Shown: positions 17,827-26,333 of the stretch, piece after piece
Position numbering within the stretch: position 1 is the stretch's first letter
Layout: every line of letters starts with the position of its first letter
NCBI GenBank assembly: GCA_029974275.1
Contig: JARKSN010000227.1
Location: 1 to 32,648 of the forward strand
Direction: 5' to 3'
Length of the DNA stretch: 32,648 nucleotides
DNA from: Candidatus Hydrogenedentota bacterium
GTDB taxonomy: Bacteria; Hydrogenedentota; Hydrogenedentia; Hydrogenedentales; SLHB01
Translations under genes and position numbers: made by a program
Notes under the pieces: model-generated
Told to the model about the DNA's origin: nothing
Databases searched by the model: none
Seen by the model: only the letters and a program-made list of their open reading frames with translations

Positions 17827-20403
17827 GTGAAGGTATGTATGCGCGTTGACGACGCCTCCCGATGGCGCTTCTCTCGGGCAACCATGGCGTTGGCCGCGAT
17901 CACGTTGCTTGCGTTGGGCCTCCGGCTTGCTCATCTTGCGACGGCGAGCCTGTGGTATGACGAGGGCAATACGCTTGGCGTGGCGGCCTGGACCCCATAT
18001 CCCTGGCGGCTGCTCGATACCGACTGGACCGCCGAACCGCCATTGTTTCTGATCGCGACGTACTTCTGGTTCGCTTTGGGCAAGCTCTTCGTCGCTCCGG
18101 GCACGTACGCGTGTGATTTCTGGCTGCGGCTGCTGCCTTGTCTGCTTGGAGTGGCCACAGTCCCCTTGTCCTATAGGGTGGGACGGTCGTTCACTGGCCA
18201 AAAGGGGCCGGGGTTGGTCGCGGCCTTTCTCGTGGCCCTATCGCCGTTTCACTTGTTCTACGCGCAAGAGTTGCGCGCCTACACATCCATGTTGGTGTTG
18301 GCGTTGGGCGCAATGCTGTTTCTGGTTTCCGCGCTGCGCCGAGGACGACGGCGGGACTGGGCCGGCCTGACTATCCTGCTTACGTTATCGTTGTACAACC
18401 ATTATTCGACGGTTTGGCTTGTCATCGTGTTCAATCTATGTTTTTTGGTTCATCTGTTGGGACGTCTGAGTGTGGGCCTTAAGTCCATGGGCGATTTGGG
18501 GCGGCAGACGTTGAGGTGGTCGCTTTCGCAAATCGTGGTCGCCATTCTAGCGTTTCCGGCGCTTTTGCAGGTGTGGCACATCAACCGCATGACCGCGGCG
18601 ATGACGGCCACCTGGTACCCGCCGTTGAGATGGCGGGCCGGCCTGCTTACGATCAAGGCTTTTTTCGCCGGGTATAGTCCCAACGCGGCGGCGTACTATG
18701 TCCTCAGCGCGGCCGCGTTTGTGTGCGTTGCGGCGGGTCTCATTGCGTTGCGGCGCCGGCGCGAAGAACTGGTCTTTCTGCTCTTGATCTTTGTGACGCC
18801 CATTGTCGGCAATCTCGCGATCTGGCACTCGCGGAGTTTTTCTTTTTATGAACACCGCCTTTTCATCGTCTCTTCGGTGGCCTGTTTTGTTCTTGTGGGA
18901 GCGGGCGTCTGCATGTTGCGGCGACCATGGGGGCGCGTCGCCGCAATAGGCGTGTTTGGCGCAGCCATGTTGCCGTGCATCGGGGATTACTATGCAGAAC
19001 GGCTTCATCCTCTCACGGAGCATCGCTTGGGGGCGCGCGTGAAGGCTGACTTGCGCTCCGCGGCAGAACATATTCAATCGAATTGGAAGGAGGGCGATTA
19101 CCTCGCTCATTTCAGCCACCTGACGTATCCGTCAATGGCCTACTATTACCTGTCCGATAGGCAGCAATCGACCCTGAGTTTCACCCGGCACGATGAACTG
19201 GGTCTTATCGAGAGCTATGCTTTCCCCAATTCGTGGCGCCATCTCGGCATGTTGCCGGAGCGCTTGGATGTCGTGGCGGATCGTGCGGCGCGTCTATGGC
19301 TGGCGGAATCGTGGTGGGAGCCCGAGGAGACGCCCCCGTGGGCGCAATTGTACACGGGCTGGCTGGACCGCCATGGCGTTCGCGAGGAAAACCGTGCGTT
19401 TCATGCCGTGACGCTCTATCGTTACAATCTTTCGCGCCGTCCGGGCATCTCTCTGCGCGTGGCCCAGGTGGCCGACTGGGGCTATGGGGGCGCTGTCGTC
19501 TACATGCCCGGTCCCGGCGGATCAGTTTCCGACGCGCCTCCCATCGCGCCGGCGGGCAAGGACGTCCTGACGACGCGCACGCCGCTGGATTTTGGGCTGC
19601 GCGCATCCACCGCGAACAACGGCGCCTTGCCGTCTGAAAAAGGCGCGCATGCAGTCCGGCTGGTCATCGGCAATCCGGGACCGCAACCGCGCGACCTCGT
19701 GTGCCGCGTTTTTGAATGCGTGGATGCTATCGACCCTTTGGCTTTCACGCGCGCGGCGCCGGAGCAGGATCGCTGGTTTCCGTTGATTCATGCCGAATCC
19801 CATCTGGTGGATGACATGGAACGGATTACCTTGGGAATGTCGATGCGGAGGGGCGATCCGCCGGACGAAGGCCTCTATGCGGACATGCATCTCGCGCCGG
19901 GCGCGTACCGGGCTTTGGCTCGAATGTGGCGGGAGGTGCGGGCGCAAAACGATTTCCGCGCTACGTTGCGCTTTACGCTCTGCACCGTCTCGGAGAACGC
20001 AGGAATCGTGGCGACCGAGCCGTTGGGCGAGGTGACGCCGTTCGCCGTCGCGGGGAGTCAAGGGTGGGCTTGGCTTCCTATTGGATCGTTCGTCAGTTCG
20101 GGGGCCCCCCAGCGCCTGGCCGTCACGGCGCACAATGATTCTGGCCTTGCGAAGGCGTACGCCGACCTGGGCCGAATCGTTTTTGTGCGTGCAGACTCGC
20201 TCTCTTCCGAGGAGCCTTTTGGCCCCGTGTTGGAAACGGCTTTCACGGCTGATCCGCAATCGGAGCGCGAACTCATCTTTTCCTCCTCGCTGGGGAAGGA
20301 ACTCTCGCGCCGGGTGGATGTCTCTGTGTACGATCAAAATGCGCGCATTTCGCGCAACGTGAATCTCTATATCGAGCGGGGTCTTCGGTTGGGGATCGAG
20401 TGA
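17827..20403 (+). CDS. GT-C fold (PMT/ArnT-like) membrane glycosyltransferase with large extracytoplasmic C-terminal domain
   Basis: SLWYDE, EPPLF, LSPFHLFYAQELRAY, many TM helices in the first ~390 aa, then ~460-aa soluble domain; start may be ATG 17839. Confidence 0.85.
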   Translation: MKVCMRVDDASRWRFSRATMALAAITLLALGLRLAHLATASLWYDEGNTLGVAAWTPYPWRLLDTDWTAEPPLFLIATYFWFALGKLFVAPGTYACDFWLRLLPCLLGVATVPLSYRVGRSFTGQKGPGLVAAFLVALSPFHLFYAQELRAYTSMLVLALGAMLFLVSALRRGRRRDWAGLTILLTLSLYNHYSTVWLVIVFNLCFLVHLLGRLSVGLKSMGDLGRQTLRWSLSQIVVAILAFPALLQVWHINRMTAAMTATWYPPLRWRAGLLTIKAFFAGYSPNAAAYYVLSAAAFVCVAAGLIALRRRREELVFLLLIFVTPIVGNLAIWHSRSFSFYEHRLFIVSSVACFVLVGAGVCMLRRPWGRVAAIGVFGAAMLPCIGDYYAERLHPLTEHRLGARVKADLRSAAEHIQSNWKEGDYLAHFSHLTYPSMAYYYLSDRQQSTLSFTRHDELGLIESYAFPNSWRHLGMLPERLDVVADRAARLWLAESWWEPEETPPWAQLYTGWLDRHGVREENRAFHAVTLYRYNLSRRPGISLRVAQVADWGYGGAVVYMPGPGGSVSDAPPIAPAGKDVLTTRTPLDFGLRASTANNGALPSEKGAHAVRLVIGNPGPQPRDLVCRVFECVDAIDPLAFTRAAPEQDRWFPLIHAESHLVDDMERITLGMSMRRGDPPDEGLYADMHLAPGAYRALARMWREVRAQNDFRATLRFTLCTVSENAGIVATEPLGEVTPFAVAGSQGWAWLPIGSFVSSGAPQRLAVTAHNDSGLAKAYADLGRIVFVRADSLSSEEPFGPVLETAFTADPQSERELIFSSSLGKELSRRVDVSVYDQNARISRNVNLYIERGLRLGIE

Positions 20404-20515
20404 AAAGATAATGTTTCGTTCCTGTAGCACACTAAGATTATAGTATTCGATAAAAACGTCTTCATCGAGCTGCGCGAAAAACGGATCAAACCCTATATGA
20501 GAGCGCCCCCGGCTG

Positions 20516-20542
20516 TTAAGTTCTCGCCGCCGCTGCCGATAT
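20516..20542 (+). promoter_or_regulatory. sigma28 (FliA/SigD/WhiG)-type promoter, unit 1
   Basis: TTAAGTTC-N11-GCCGATAT versus consensus TAAAGTTT-N11-GCCGATA(A/T). Confidence 0.7.
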
Positions 20543-20549
20543 ATCGCAT

Positions 20550-20716
20550 GTAAGGCAGAGGCCGGGAGCCTATGCCGCCGAAGACCCCCAAGCGGACTGT
20601 TTTCTGTATCTGGATAACGTCCAAAGAGTTTAACCCCGCTCTTCGTCTTGGAGACGTCTTGGCAATATCCTCGAGCGTTCGCCGCAATCCCCTGGTTGCG
20701 GCGATTCTCTTTTTTT
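20550..20716 (+). ncRNA. Candidate sigma28-dependent sRNA 1 (~165 nt)
   Basis: Bounded by a sigma28-type promoter and a terminator; internal helices CCAAG/CUUGG, UGGA/UCCA and AAGAG/CUCUU with a C-rich loop. Ends inferred. Confidence 0.5.
20679..20716 (+). terminator. Intrinsic terminator, unit 1
   Basis: TCGCCGCAA/TTGCGGCGA 9-bp perfect stem (11 bp with inner U-G and C-G) followed by TTCTCTTTTTTT. Confidence 0.8.
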
Positions 20717-20730
20717 GGCGCGCACATCAT

Positions 20731-20757
20731 TCAAGTTTTCCCGCTGTTTGCCGATAT
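20731..20757 (+). promoter_or_regulatory. sigma28-type promoter, unit 2
   Basis: TCAAGTTT-N11-GCCGATAT, one mismatch from consensus; begins 15 bp after terminator 1. Confidence 0.75.
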
Positions 20758-20763
20758 ATGGGG

Positions 20764-20924
20764 CGCAAGCCGAGACAAGGAGGTCGAGGCTGATTTTGAC
20801 AAGGATGTCGCAGTTGCGTAAGCAACCTGGAGTGCTTCATCCCACACTTCAGGGGGGACATTGGGGCCCCGAGTCTTACCTCCAGTGAAAGCGCCGCAAT
20901 TCGTTTGCGGCGCTTTCCGTTTTT
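20764..20924 (+). ncRNA. Candidate sigma28-dependent sRNA 2 (~160 nt) with two CsrA-type sites; may also encode a 27-30 aa peptide
   Basis: GACAAGGAGGUC and UGACAAGGAUGUCG hairpins; GUUGC-GUAA-GCAAC; CCUGGAGUG/CACUUCAGG; long-range GGAGGU/ACCUCC; ends in a terminator. Confidence 0.55.
20887..20924 (+). terminator. Intrinsic terminator, unit 2
   Basis: GAAAGCGCCGCAA (20887-20899) / TTGCGGCGCTTTC (20905-20917), 13-bp perfect stem, then CGTTTTT. Confidence 0.8.
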
Positions 20925-20967
20925 CCGGCGGCGCGCGAGAAATACGAACGAGGGGTTGATGTGTTAG

Positions 20968-20996
20968 TTGGGTGCAAGCATGCGTTTCAGTATACT
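20968..20996 (+). promoter_or_regulatory. Putative sigma70 promoter of mdh
   Basis: TTGGGT-N17-TATACT, 35 bp upstream of the mdh ATG. Confidence 0.45.
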
Positions 20997-21031
20997 TGGC
21001 GAGGCGGCCCAACGAAACGGAGGCGAACACA

Positions 21032-21982
21032 ATGCCAGGGGGAAAGCGTTTTCGGATTGCGTGCATAGGGGCGGGCAACGTTGGAGCATTGGTCGCGCAG
21101 TATTGTCTGGGCATGCAGTTGGGCGACGTGGTGCTCACGGACGTCGTGGAGGGGCTGCCTCAGGGCAAGGCCTTGGATCTGACGGAGGCGGGCCCGGTCC
21201 GCGGATACAGTTGCATGGCGATGGGAACGAACGATTACGCCGATATTTCGGGCTGCAATATCTGCGTGGTCACGGCGGGCATTCCGCGCAAGCCGGGAAT
21301 GACGCGGCTTGATCTGCTGGAAACGAACGGGAAAATCGTTTCCGACATTTGCGAGAACATCGGGCGGTATGCGCCGGAGAGCGTGGTCATTATCGTTACG
21401 AATCCGCTGGACGTGATGACGTATCTTGCGTACAAGCGGCTGGGGTTTCCGCCGCGCCGGGTCATGGGAATGGCGGGGACGCTGGACAGCGCGCGCATGC
21501 GCACCTTCGTGGCGGCGGAGTTGGGCGTGAGCATGAAGAACGTGGACACCATGGTGCTGGGTTCTCATGGCGATGAGATGGTGGCGTTGCCGGAATATAC
21601 GACGGTGTCGGGGGTTCCAATCACCCAGTTGCTGCCCAGCGATCGGATCGAGGCGATCATCGATCGCACGAAGCAGGGCGGCGGCGAGATCGTGGCGTTG
21701 TTGAAGTCCGGGAGCGCCTATTTCGCCCCGGCGGCAAGCGTGGCGCGCATGGTGCAGTGCATTCTGAACGATGAGCGTCAGATTTTGCCGTGTTCGGCGT
21801 ATTTGACGGGGCAGTACGACTTGAAGGATGTGTTTATTGGCGTTCCTGTCCGGCTTGGACAGGGAGGGGTCGAGGAAGTGCTGGAGCTTGATCTGGCTCC
21901 TGACAAGCGCGAGGCGCTTCACCGATCCGCCGCCGAGGTGCGCAAGGGTATCGAGGAATTGCATCACGTGAAGTTATTGTGA
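21032..21982 (+). CDS. mdh: Malate dehydrogenase (LDH-like type)
   Basis: GAGNVG, GLPQGKALDL, TAGIPRKPGMTRLDL (Arg102), GSHGD, GSAYFAPA; ATG 21032 with GGAGG SD. Confidence 0.93.
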   Translation: MPGGKRFRIACIGAGNVGALVAQYCLGMQLGDVVLTDVVEGLPQGKALDLTEAGPVRGYSCMAMGTNDYADISGCNICVVTAGIPRKPGMTRLDLLETNGKIVSDICENIGRYAPESVVIIVTNPLDVMTYLAYKRLGFPPRRVMGMAGTLDSARMRTFVAAELGVSMKNVDTMVLGSHGDEMVALPEYTTVSGVPITQLLPSDRIEAIIDRTKQGGGEIVALLKSGSAYFAPAASVARMVQCILNDERQILPCSAYLTGQYDLKDVFIGVPVRLGQGGVEEVLELDLAPDKREALHRSAAEVRKGIEELHHVKLL

Positions 21983-21992
21983 GGGGAAAGGC

Positions 21993-23036
21993 ATGCATCG
22001 GAAACACTGGGGTTGGGCGTTGGTTTTGGCGGCTGCGGTGTACGCGCCGGCGTGGGCGGCGGATTTGGGATCGGCGATTCAGGATGCGGCGATTACGGCG
22101 CGCATCGAGACGGCCCTGCTATTGAACGACAGTTTGAGCGCGTTCAACATCAAGGCGAGGACCTCGGCTGGGGTGGTGACGTTGTCGGGCAGCGTGAGCG
22201 ACGAGATTGAGCGCGCGTTGGCCCAGTCCATTGCGGAGTCGGCGATGGGCGTGCGGCGGGTGAACAACGAGATTGTCGTCGTCGAGGAGACCCCGCGCAA
22301 GGCCGCCAAGCGTTCTTGGCAGCAGACGGTGTCCGATGAGACAACGGCGGCGGCCATCCGGTCGCGTCTGCTGTACCATAAGGAACTCGGCGGATTGAAG
22401 CTGACGGTCCGGGTCCGGGAAGCGGTGGCGACGTTGTTTGGAGTGGTCGGGTCCGATGCGCAAAAGGCGCGTGTCGAGGAAATCGCCCTTGATACGCGCG
22501 GCGTGGATCGCGTGGTGAGCAATCTCGCCGTAAATCCGGTGGTGCAGCGCGATCCGGACCGCAATTTGCTGACGATGATGTCGGACAAATGGATTGAAAA
22601 GCGCGTTGAGTCAAGCATTTTGATGAGCCAGCATCTCAGCATTCGTGATTTGAAGGTCGATGTGCAGGACAGGGTGTGCATTTTGACGGGAGAGGTGGAG
22701 TCGGCGTCGCAAAGGACCCTGGCAGAGAATATCGCGTTTAACACATCGGGGGTCGAAAGCGTTCGGAATGAGATGCGAATCGTGATTCCCAGGCCGTCTG
22801 GTCCGGATGAGGCGCCGGGCATTGTACAAGCCCCTGCCGCTCCCGAGCCCGTCTCCGACGAGGATTCCAGGACCGTTTCTTCCGAGGGCGAGACGCCGGA
22901 GGACGTGGTCAGCGCGCCGTTGCCGCCCGTTGCGGTTCCCGCGATCCCGGAATCGACCGCCCAGACGTCTTCGACTGAATCAGACGCCGAGGAGGTCGAT
23001 CTCGAACCGCTGGGATCGGCGCGGCCCAGGAAGTGA
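21993..23036 (+). CDS. Periplasmic protein with three BON domains and acidic Pro-rich tail
   Basis: Signal peptide; three repeats D..I...I/V...L..., V.L.G.V....., A....GV..V.N. Confidence 0.88.
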   Translation: MHRKHWGWALVLAAAVYAPAWAADLGSAIQDAAITARIETALLLNDSLSAFNIKARTSAGVVTLSGSVSDEIERALAQSIAESAMGVRRVNNEIVVVEETPRKAAKRSWQQTVSDETTAAAIRSRLLYHKELGGLKLTVRVREAVATLFGVVGSDAQKARVEEIALDTRGVDRVVSNLAVNPVVQRDPDRNLLTMMSDKWIEKRVESSILMSQHLSIRDLKVDVQDRVCILTGEVESASQRTLAENIAFNTSGVESVRNEMRIVIPRPSGPDEAPGIVQAPAAPEPVSDEDSRTVSSEGETPEDVVSAPLPPVAVPAIPESTAQTSSTESDAEEVDLEPLGSARPRK

Positions 23037-23150
23037 GAAGACGGCGTTTTCCGGCGCCGCGTGGCGCTTCGCGATGGCGCGTCGCATAGCGTGCGTCTGG
23101 GCTTGAAACGACGTAAGGACCAGCACTCGGTCGTGTGTTCCGGCGATTAC

Positions 23151-23912
23151 ATGCAGTTTTTGGGAACGGCGGGAGGGCGGCATGTCGTGGCGCGGCAGTT
23201 GCGCGCCTCAGGCGGCATTTTTCTCCGACTGGAACAGGTCCATATATTGATGGATCCGGGCCCTGGATCTCTGGTGCAATGCGTGAAAGCGGCGCCGCGC
23301 GTCGATCCGGCCAATCTGGATGGCATCGTTGTCACGCACGGGCATATCGATCACGCAAACGACGTCAACATCATCATTGACGCCATGACGGGCGGAGGGG
23401 ATCGCCCTCGCGGCACGTTGTTCGCTCCACGTCCCTGTTATGAGGGCAATACGTCCGTTTTGTACCATTATTTGCGTGATTTTTTGAAAGAGATCGTGCC
23501 GCTTGGGCCACGGCGGGAGTATGCGATCGGCAACGTGCGGTTCCGCACGTCCGGGGCGCATCATCACTCTGCGGAAACGTATGGCGTCATCTATCGGACG
23601 CCTCGCGTTTCGATAGGGTTCATGGTCGACACCGTGTACGATCCGGACTTGCTTGATTCCTATCGCGGCGCCGAGATGCTGGTATTCTATGCCACTTTCC
23701 ATCGCCGTGCGGACAACCCTTCGACCCTGCATTATTCTGTCGAGGATGCGGAGGAGGCTATCGCCGTTCTGCGCCCCCGCAAGGCGTTTCTCACGCATAT
23801 GGGTCTTTCGGTTCTTGCCGCCGGCCCCGATCGGGTGGCAAAGAAGCTGTCCGACAAGCTCGGCGTCGAAGTCATCGCGGCGCAAGACGGCATGGTGGTG
23901 GGTCTTCCGTAA
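23151..23912 (+). CDS. Metallo-beta-lactamase fold hydrolase
   Basis: FLGTAGG, MDPGPG, THGHIDH (HxHxDH), later H/D/H ligands; start uncertain (ATG 23151 or GTG 23133). Confidence 0.85.
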   Translation: MQFLGTAGGRHVVARQLRASGGIFLRLEQVHILMDPGPGSLVQCVKAAPRVDPANLDGIVVTHGHIDHANDVNIIIDAMTGGGDRPRGTLFAPRPCYEGNTSVLYHYLRDFLKEIVPLGPRREYAIGNVRFRTSGAHHHSAETYGVIYRTPRVSIGFMVDTVYDPDLLDSYRGAEMLVFYATFHRRADNPSTLHYSVEDAEEAIAVLRPRKAFLTHMGLSVLAAGPDRVAKKLSDKLGVEVIAAQDGMVVGLP

Positions 23913-23930
23913 GCCGGCGCCGCGCCCCGT

Positions 23931-26333
23931 TTAGTTCCGCAACGGCTTCCCGGTTTCCAGCATGTGCCGCAAGCGCGCAACGGTCTTTTCGGCGCCGCAC
24001 AGCGAAAGCATGGCCTCGCATTCCAGGTCCAGAATGTCCTGCTCGCTCATGGCGCTTCCGGAGAGCCGGTCGCCGCCGGTGAGAACGCGGGCGAGCTTTT
24101 CGGCGATGAGCGCATCGTGCTCGCTGGCGTATCCGCCCTGCGTCATTTGGTAGACGCCGACACAAAACGCCGCGTGCGCAGCGTCGCCGAGGGCCGTCAA
24201 TTTGGCCGGGCGCGGCGGGGCATAGCCCATCTTGACGAGGCCGAGGCACACGTCTTTGGCGCGTTTGATTTGGTGATCGCCGTTGATGGAGACAACGTCT
24301 TGATCGGAGAAATAGCCGAGTTCGATCAGTTCGGGGCCGCTCGTGCTGACCTTTGCGAGGGCGATCGTCTCGAAGGCGCGGCGCACGTAGGGAAAGGGGT
24401 CTCCGTCGGGGACGTTCGCGGGCACGTACGCCAGGGCGCGGCGGAGCATCTCCTTGGATCCTCCGCCTGCGGGGATGATGCCGACGCCAAATTCGACGAG
24501 TCCGCCGTAGGTTTCGCCCGCGGCGACGATCCTCGACATGTGCTGGCACATCTCGATGCCGCCGCCGAAAGCGTAGTGATGCGGCGCGCCGACGATGGGG
24601 CGCTTGCAAAAACGCATGGCCATGTTCACGTCTTGAAAGGAGCGGATGATTTTCTCGAGGGCGTCCCAGCGCCGGTGCATAATTTCGCCGAGGACGAGTT
24701 TGAGGTTGGCTCCGGCGGAAAAGTGATCGCCTTGATTGCCGACGACCATGCCTTCGAATTGTCCTTCGTTCAGCAGGCGGACGCCTTCCTGAAGCATGGC
24801 GACGAGGTTGCCGTCGATGGTGTTCATTTTCGAGTGAAACTCGGCGCATAGGACGCCGTCGCCGAGATCAACGAGGCTGCATGAGTCTGTCTTCGCGACC
24901 GTTCCGCGGGATTGCTTGAGATTGGCCAAGACAATCACGTTGGGGTTGGATGCGATGGGTTTGTATTCGCCGGAGGCAAGGTCGAAGTGATAGAGCGCTC
25001 CGTTCAGGGTTTTATAAAACGACGAATGGCCTTTCGCCAGCAAGCGTTCGGCGATTGGCGGCAATGAGAGGCCTTCTTGTTTCATGCGGTCGCAGACGTA
25101 CGGGACGCCGAGCAGGTCCCACGTTTCGAAGATGCCGATTTCCCACGCGAATCCCCATTTCACGGCGTTGTCGATGTTGACGATGTCGTCGGCCATTTCG
25201 GGAATGCGGTTGCCCGCATAGATGGCCGTGTTTGCGAAGACGGACCAGACGAACTGGGCGCCGGGATCGTGGCCGGTGTGCATTGATCTGATTCTATCCG
25301 ATAGTGAAGAGACGGTCTTCGCCGCATCAAGACAGGGGAAGGCGGTCTTCTTTTGGGGAACGTAGTCGAGGGTGTTGATGTCTATCGTGAGAATGACGGG
25401 CCGGCCGCTTTCGTCGCGCTTGTCGGTTTTTTTGTAGAACCCAGCCCCGGATTTGACGCCGAGCAAGCCTTTTTCGATCATGGCCTTCAACCATGGCGCG
25501 GGCGTCATGAGATCGCGCGCTTCATCGCTGGGGCAGTTGTCATGGACGTTTCCGATGACGTGGACATACGTGTCGAGGCCGACAAGGTCCATGGTCCGCA
25601 GCGTGGCCGAGGGGGCGTGGCCGATGATCGGCCCCGTGAGCGCGTCTACGTCCTCGACGGTCAGGCCGCGTTTCGGAAATTCGGCGAGAAGATATTGCGA
25701 GAGAAAGGTCAGGATGCGGTTTGCGATGAAATTGGGCGTATCTTTCGCATAGACCACGCCCTTGCCCAGCGCGTCTTCGGCGAAACGGGCCATGAACGCG
25801 ACCACTTCCGGCGAGGTGTCGGGGGTTGGAATGATTTCGAGCAATTTAAGATATCGGGGCGGGTTGAAAAAGTGGGCGCCGAGAAAGTGGGCGCGCATGT
25901 CGGGGTCCATCGGCTCGAGCATCTCGCGAATCTGGATGCCGCTGGTGTTGGTGGTGAGGATGGTTCCGGGGCGCCGGTGTCTGGCCACTTGCGCGAACAG
26001 CCGCCGCTTGATCGCGAGGTCCTCTTTCACGACTTCGATGATCCAATCGCATTCGGCGATGCGGGGCAGGTCGTCCTCAAAATTGCCCGTCTCGATACGC
26101 TCGATGTTATCCTTAAGGTAGAGAGGCGAGGGCTTTGTCTTGAGCAGGGCCTTTCGGTTCGTCTCGGCGATACTGTTCCGCTTGGCGCGATTTTTCGCGT
26201 CCACGCCGTCAAGGCCCGGCGGAAGGATGTCCAGCATGAGGGTTGGGATGCCGGCGTTTGCCAAATGCGCGGCGATTGCGCTGCCCATCACGCCTGAACC
26301 CAGAACCGCCGCACGGCGAATGCTCGCGATCAT
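23931..26333 (-). CDS. fadN: 3-hydroxyacyl-CoA dehydrogenase / enoyl-CoA hydratase fusion (FadN-type, 800 aa)
   Basis: GSGVMG, HFFNPPRYLKLLE, KDTPNFIANR, crotonase GGGIE and GLVEFGVGIIPAGGG, C-terminal TGKPLRN; ATG 26333 with AGGAG SD. Confidence 0.9.
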   Translation of the reverse strand: MIASIRRAAVLGSGVMGSAIAAHLANAGIPTLMLDILPPGLDGVDAKNRAKRNSIAETNRKALLKTKPSPLYLKDNIERIETGNFEDDLPRIAECDWIIEVVKEDLAIKRRLFAQVARHRRPGTILTTNTSGIQIREMLEPMDPDMRAHFLGAHFFNPPRYLKLLEIIPTPDTSPEVVAFMARFAEDALGKGVVYAKDTPNFIANRILTFLSQYLLAEFPKRGLTVEDVDALTGPIIGHAPSATLRTMDLVGLDTYVHVIGNVHDNCPSDEARDLMTPAPWLKAMIEKGLLGVKSGAGFYKKTDKRDESGRPVILTIDINTLDYVPQKKTAFPCLDAAKTVSSLSDRIRSMHTGHDPGAQFVWSVFANTAIYAGNRIPEMADDIVNIDNAVKWGFAWEIGIFETWDLLGVPYVCDRMKQEGLSLPPIAERLLAKGHSSFYKTLNGALYHFDLASGEYKPIASNPNVIVLANLKQSRGTVAKTDSCSLVDLGDGVLCAEFHSKMNTIDGNLVAMLQEGVRLLNEGQFEGMVVGNQGDHFSAGANLKLVLGEIMHRRWDALEKIIRSFQDVNMAMRFCKRPIVGAPHHYAFGGGIEMCQHMSRIVAAGETYGGLVEFGVGIIPAGGGSKEMLRRALAYVPANVPDGDPFPYVRRAFETIALAKVSTSGPELIELGYFSDQDVVSINGDHQIKRAKDVCLGLVKMGYAPPRPAKLTALGDAAHAAFCVGVYQMTQGGYASEHDALIAEKLARVLTGGDRLSGSAMSEQDILDLECEAMLSLCGAEKTVARLRHMLETGKPLRN

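Noticed and set aside
19522..20730. Long antisense ORFs (this one, 3881-4990, 13228-14412, 16234-17622, 20987-21967 and others)
   Set aside because: Shadow ORFs of GC-rich coding genes; no motifs, and they overlap well-supported CDSs.
20572..20793. 73-aa ORF in the mdh upstream region
   Set aside because: Runs through a strong terminator and the second promoter; SD only ~4 nt from ATG; no protein motif.
20779..20883. Identification as Y RNA, SRP RNA, tmRNA, hammerhead, or a known riboswitch controlling mdh
   Set aside because: The bulged-C helix is Y-like, but there is no rsr/Ro60 gene in the window and no T-loop module; SRP, tmRNA, hammerhead and riboswitch core motifs are absent; mdh seems to have its own promoter after the terminator.
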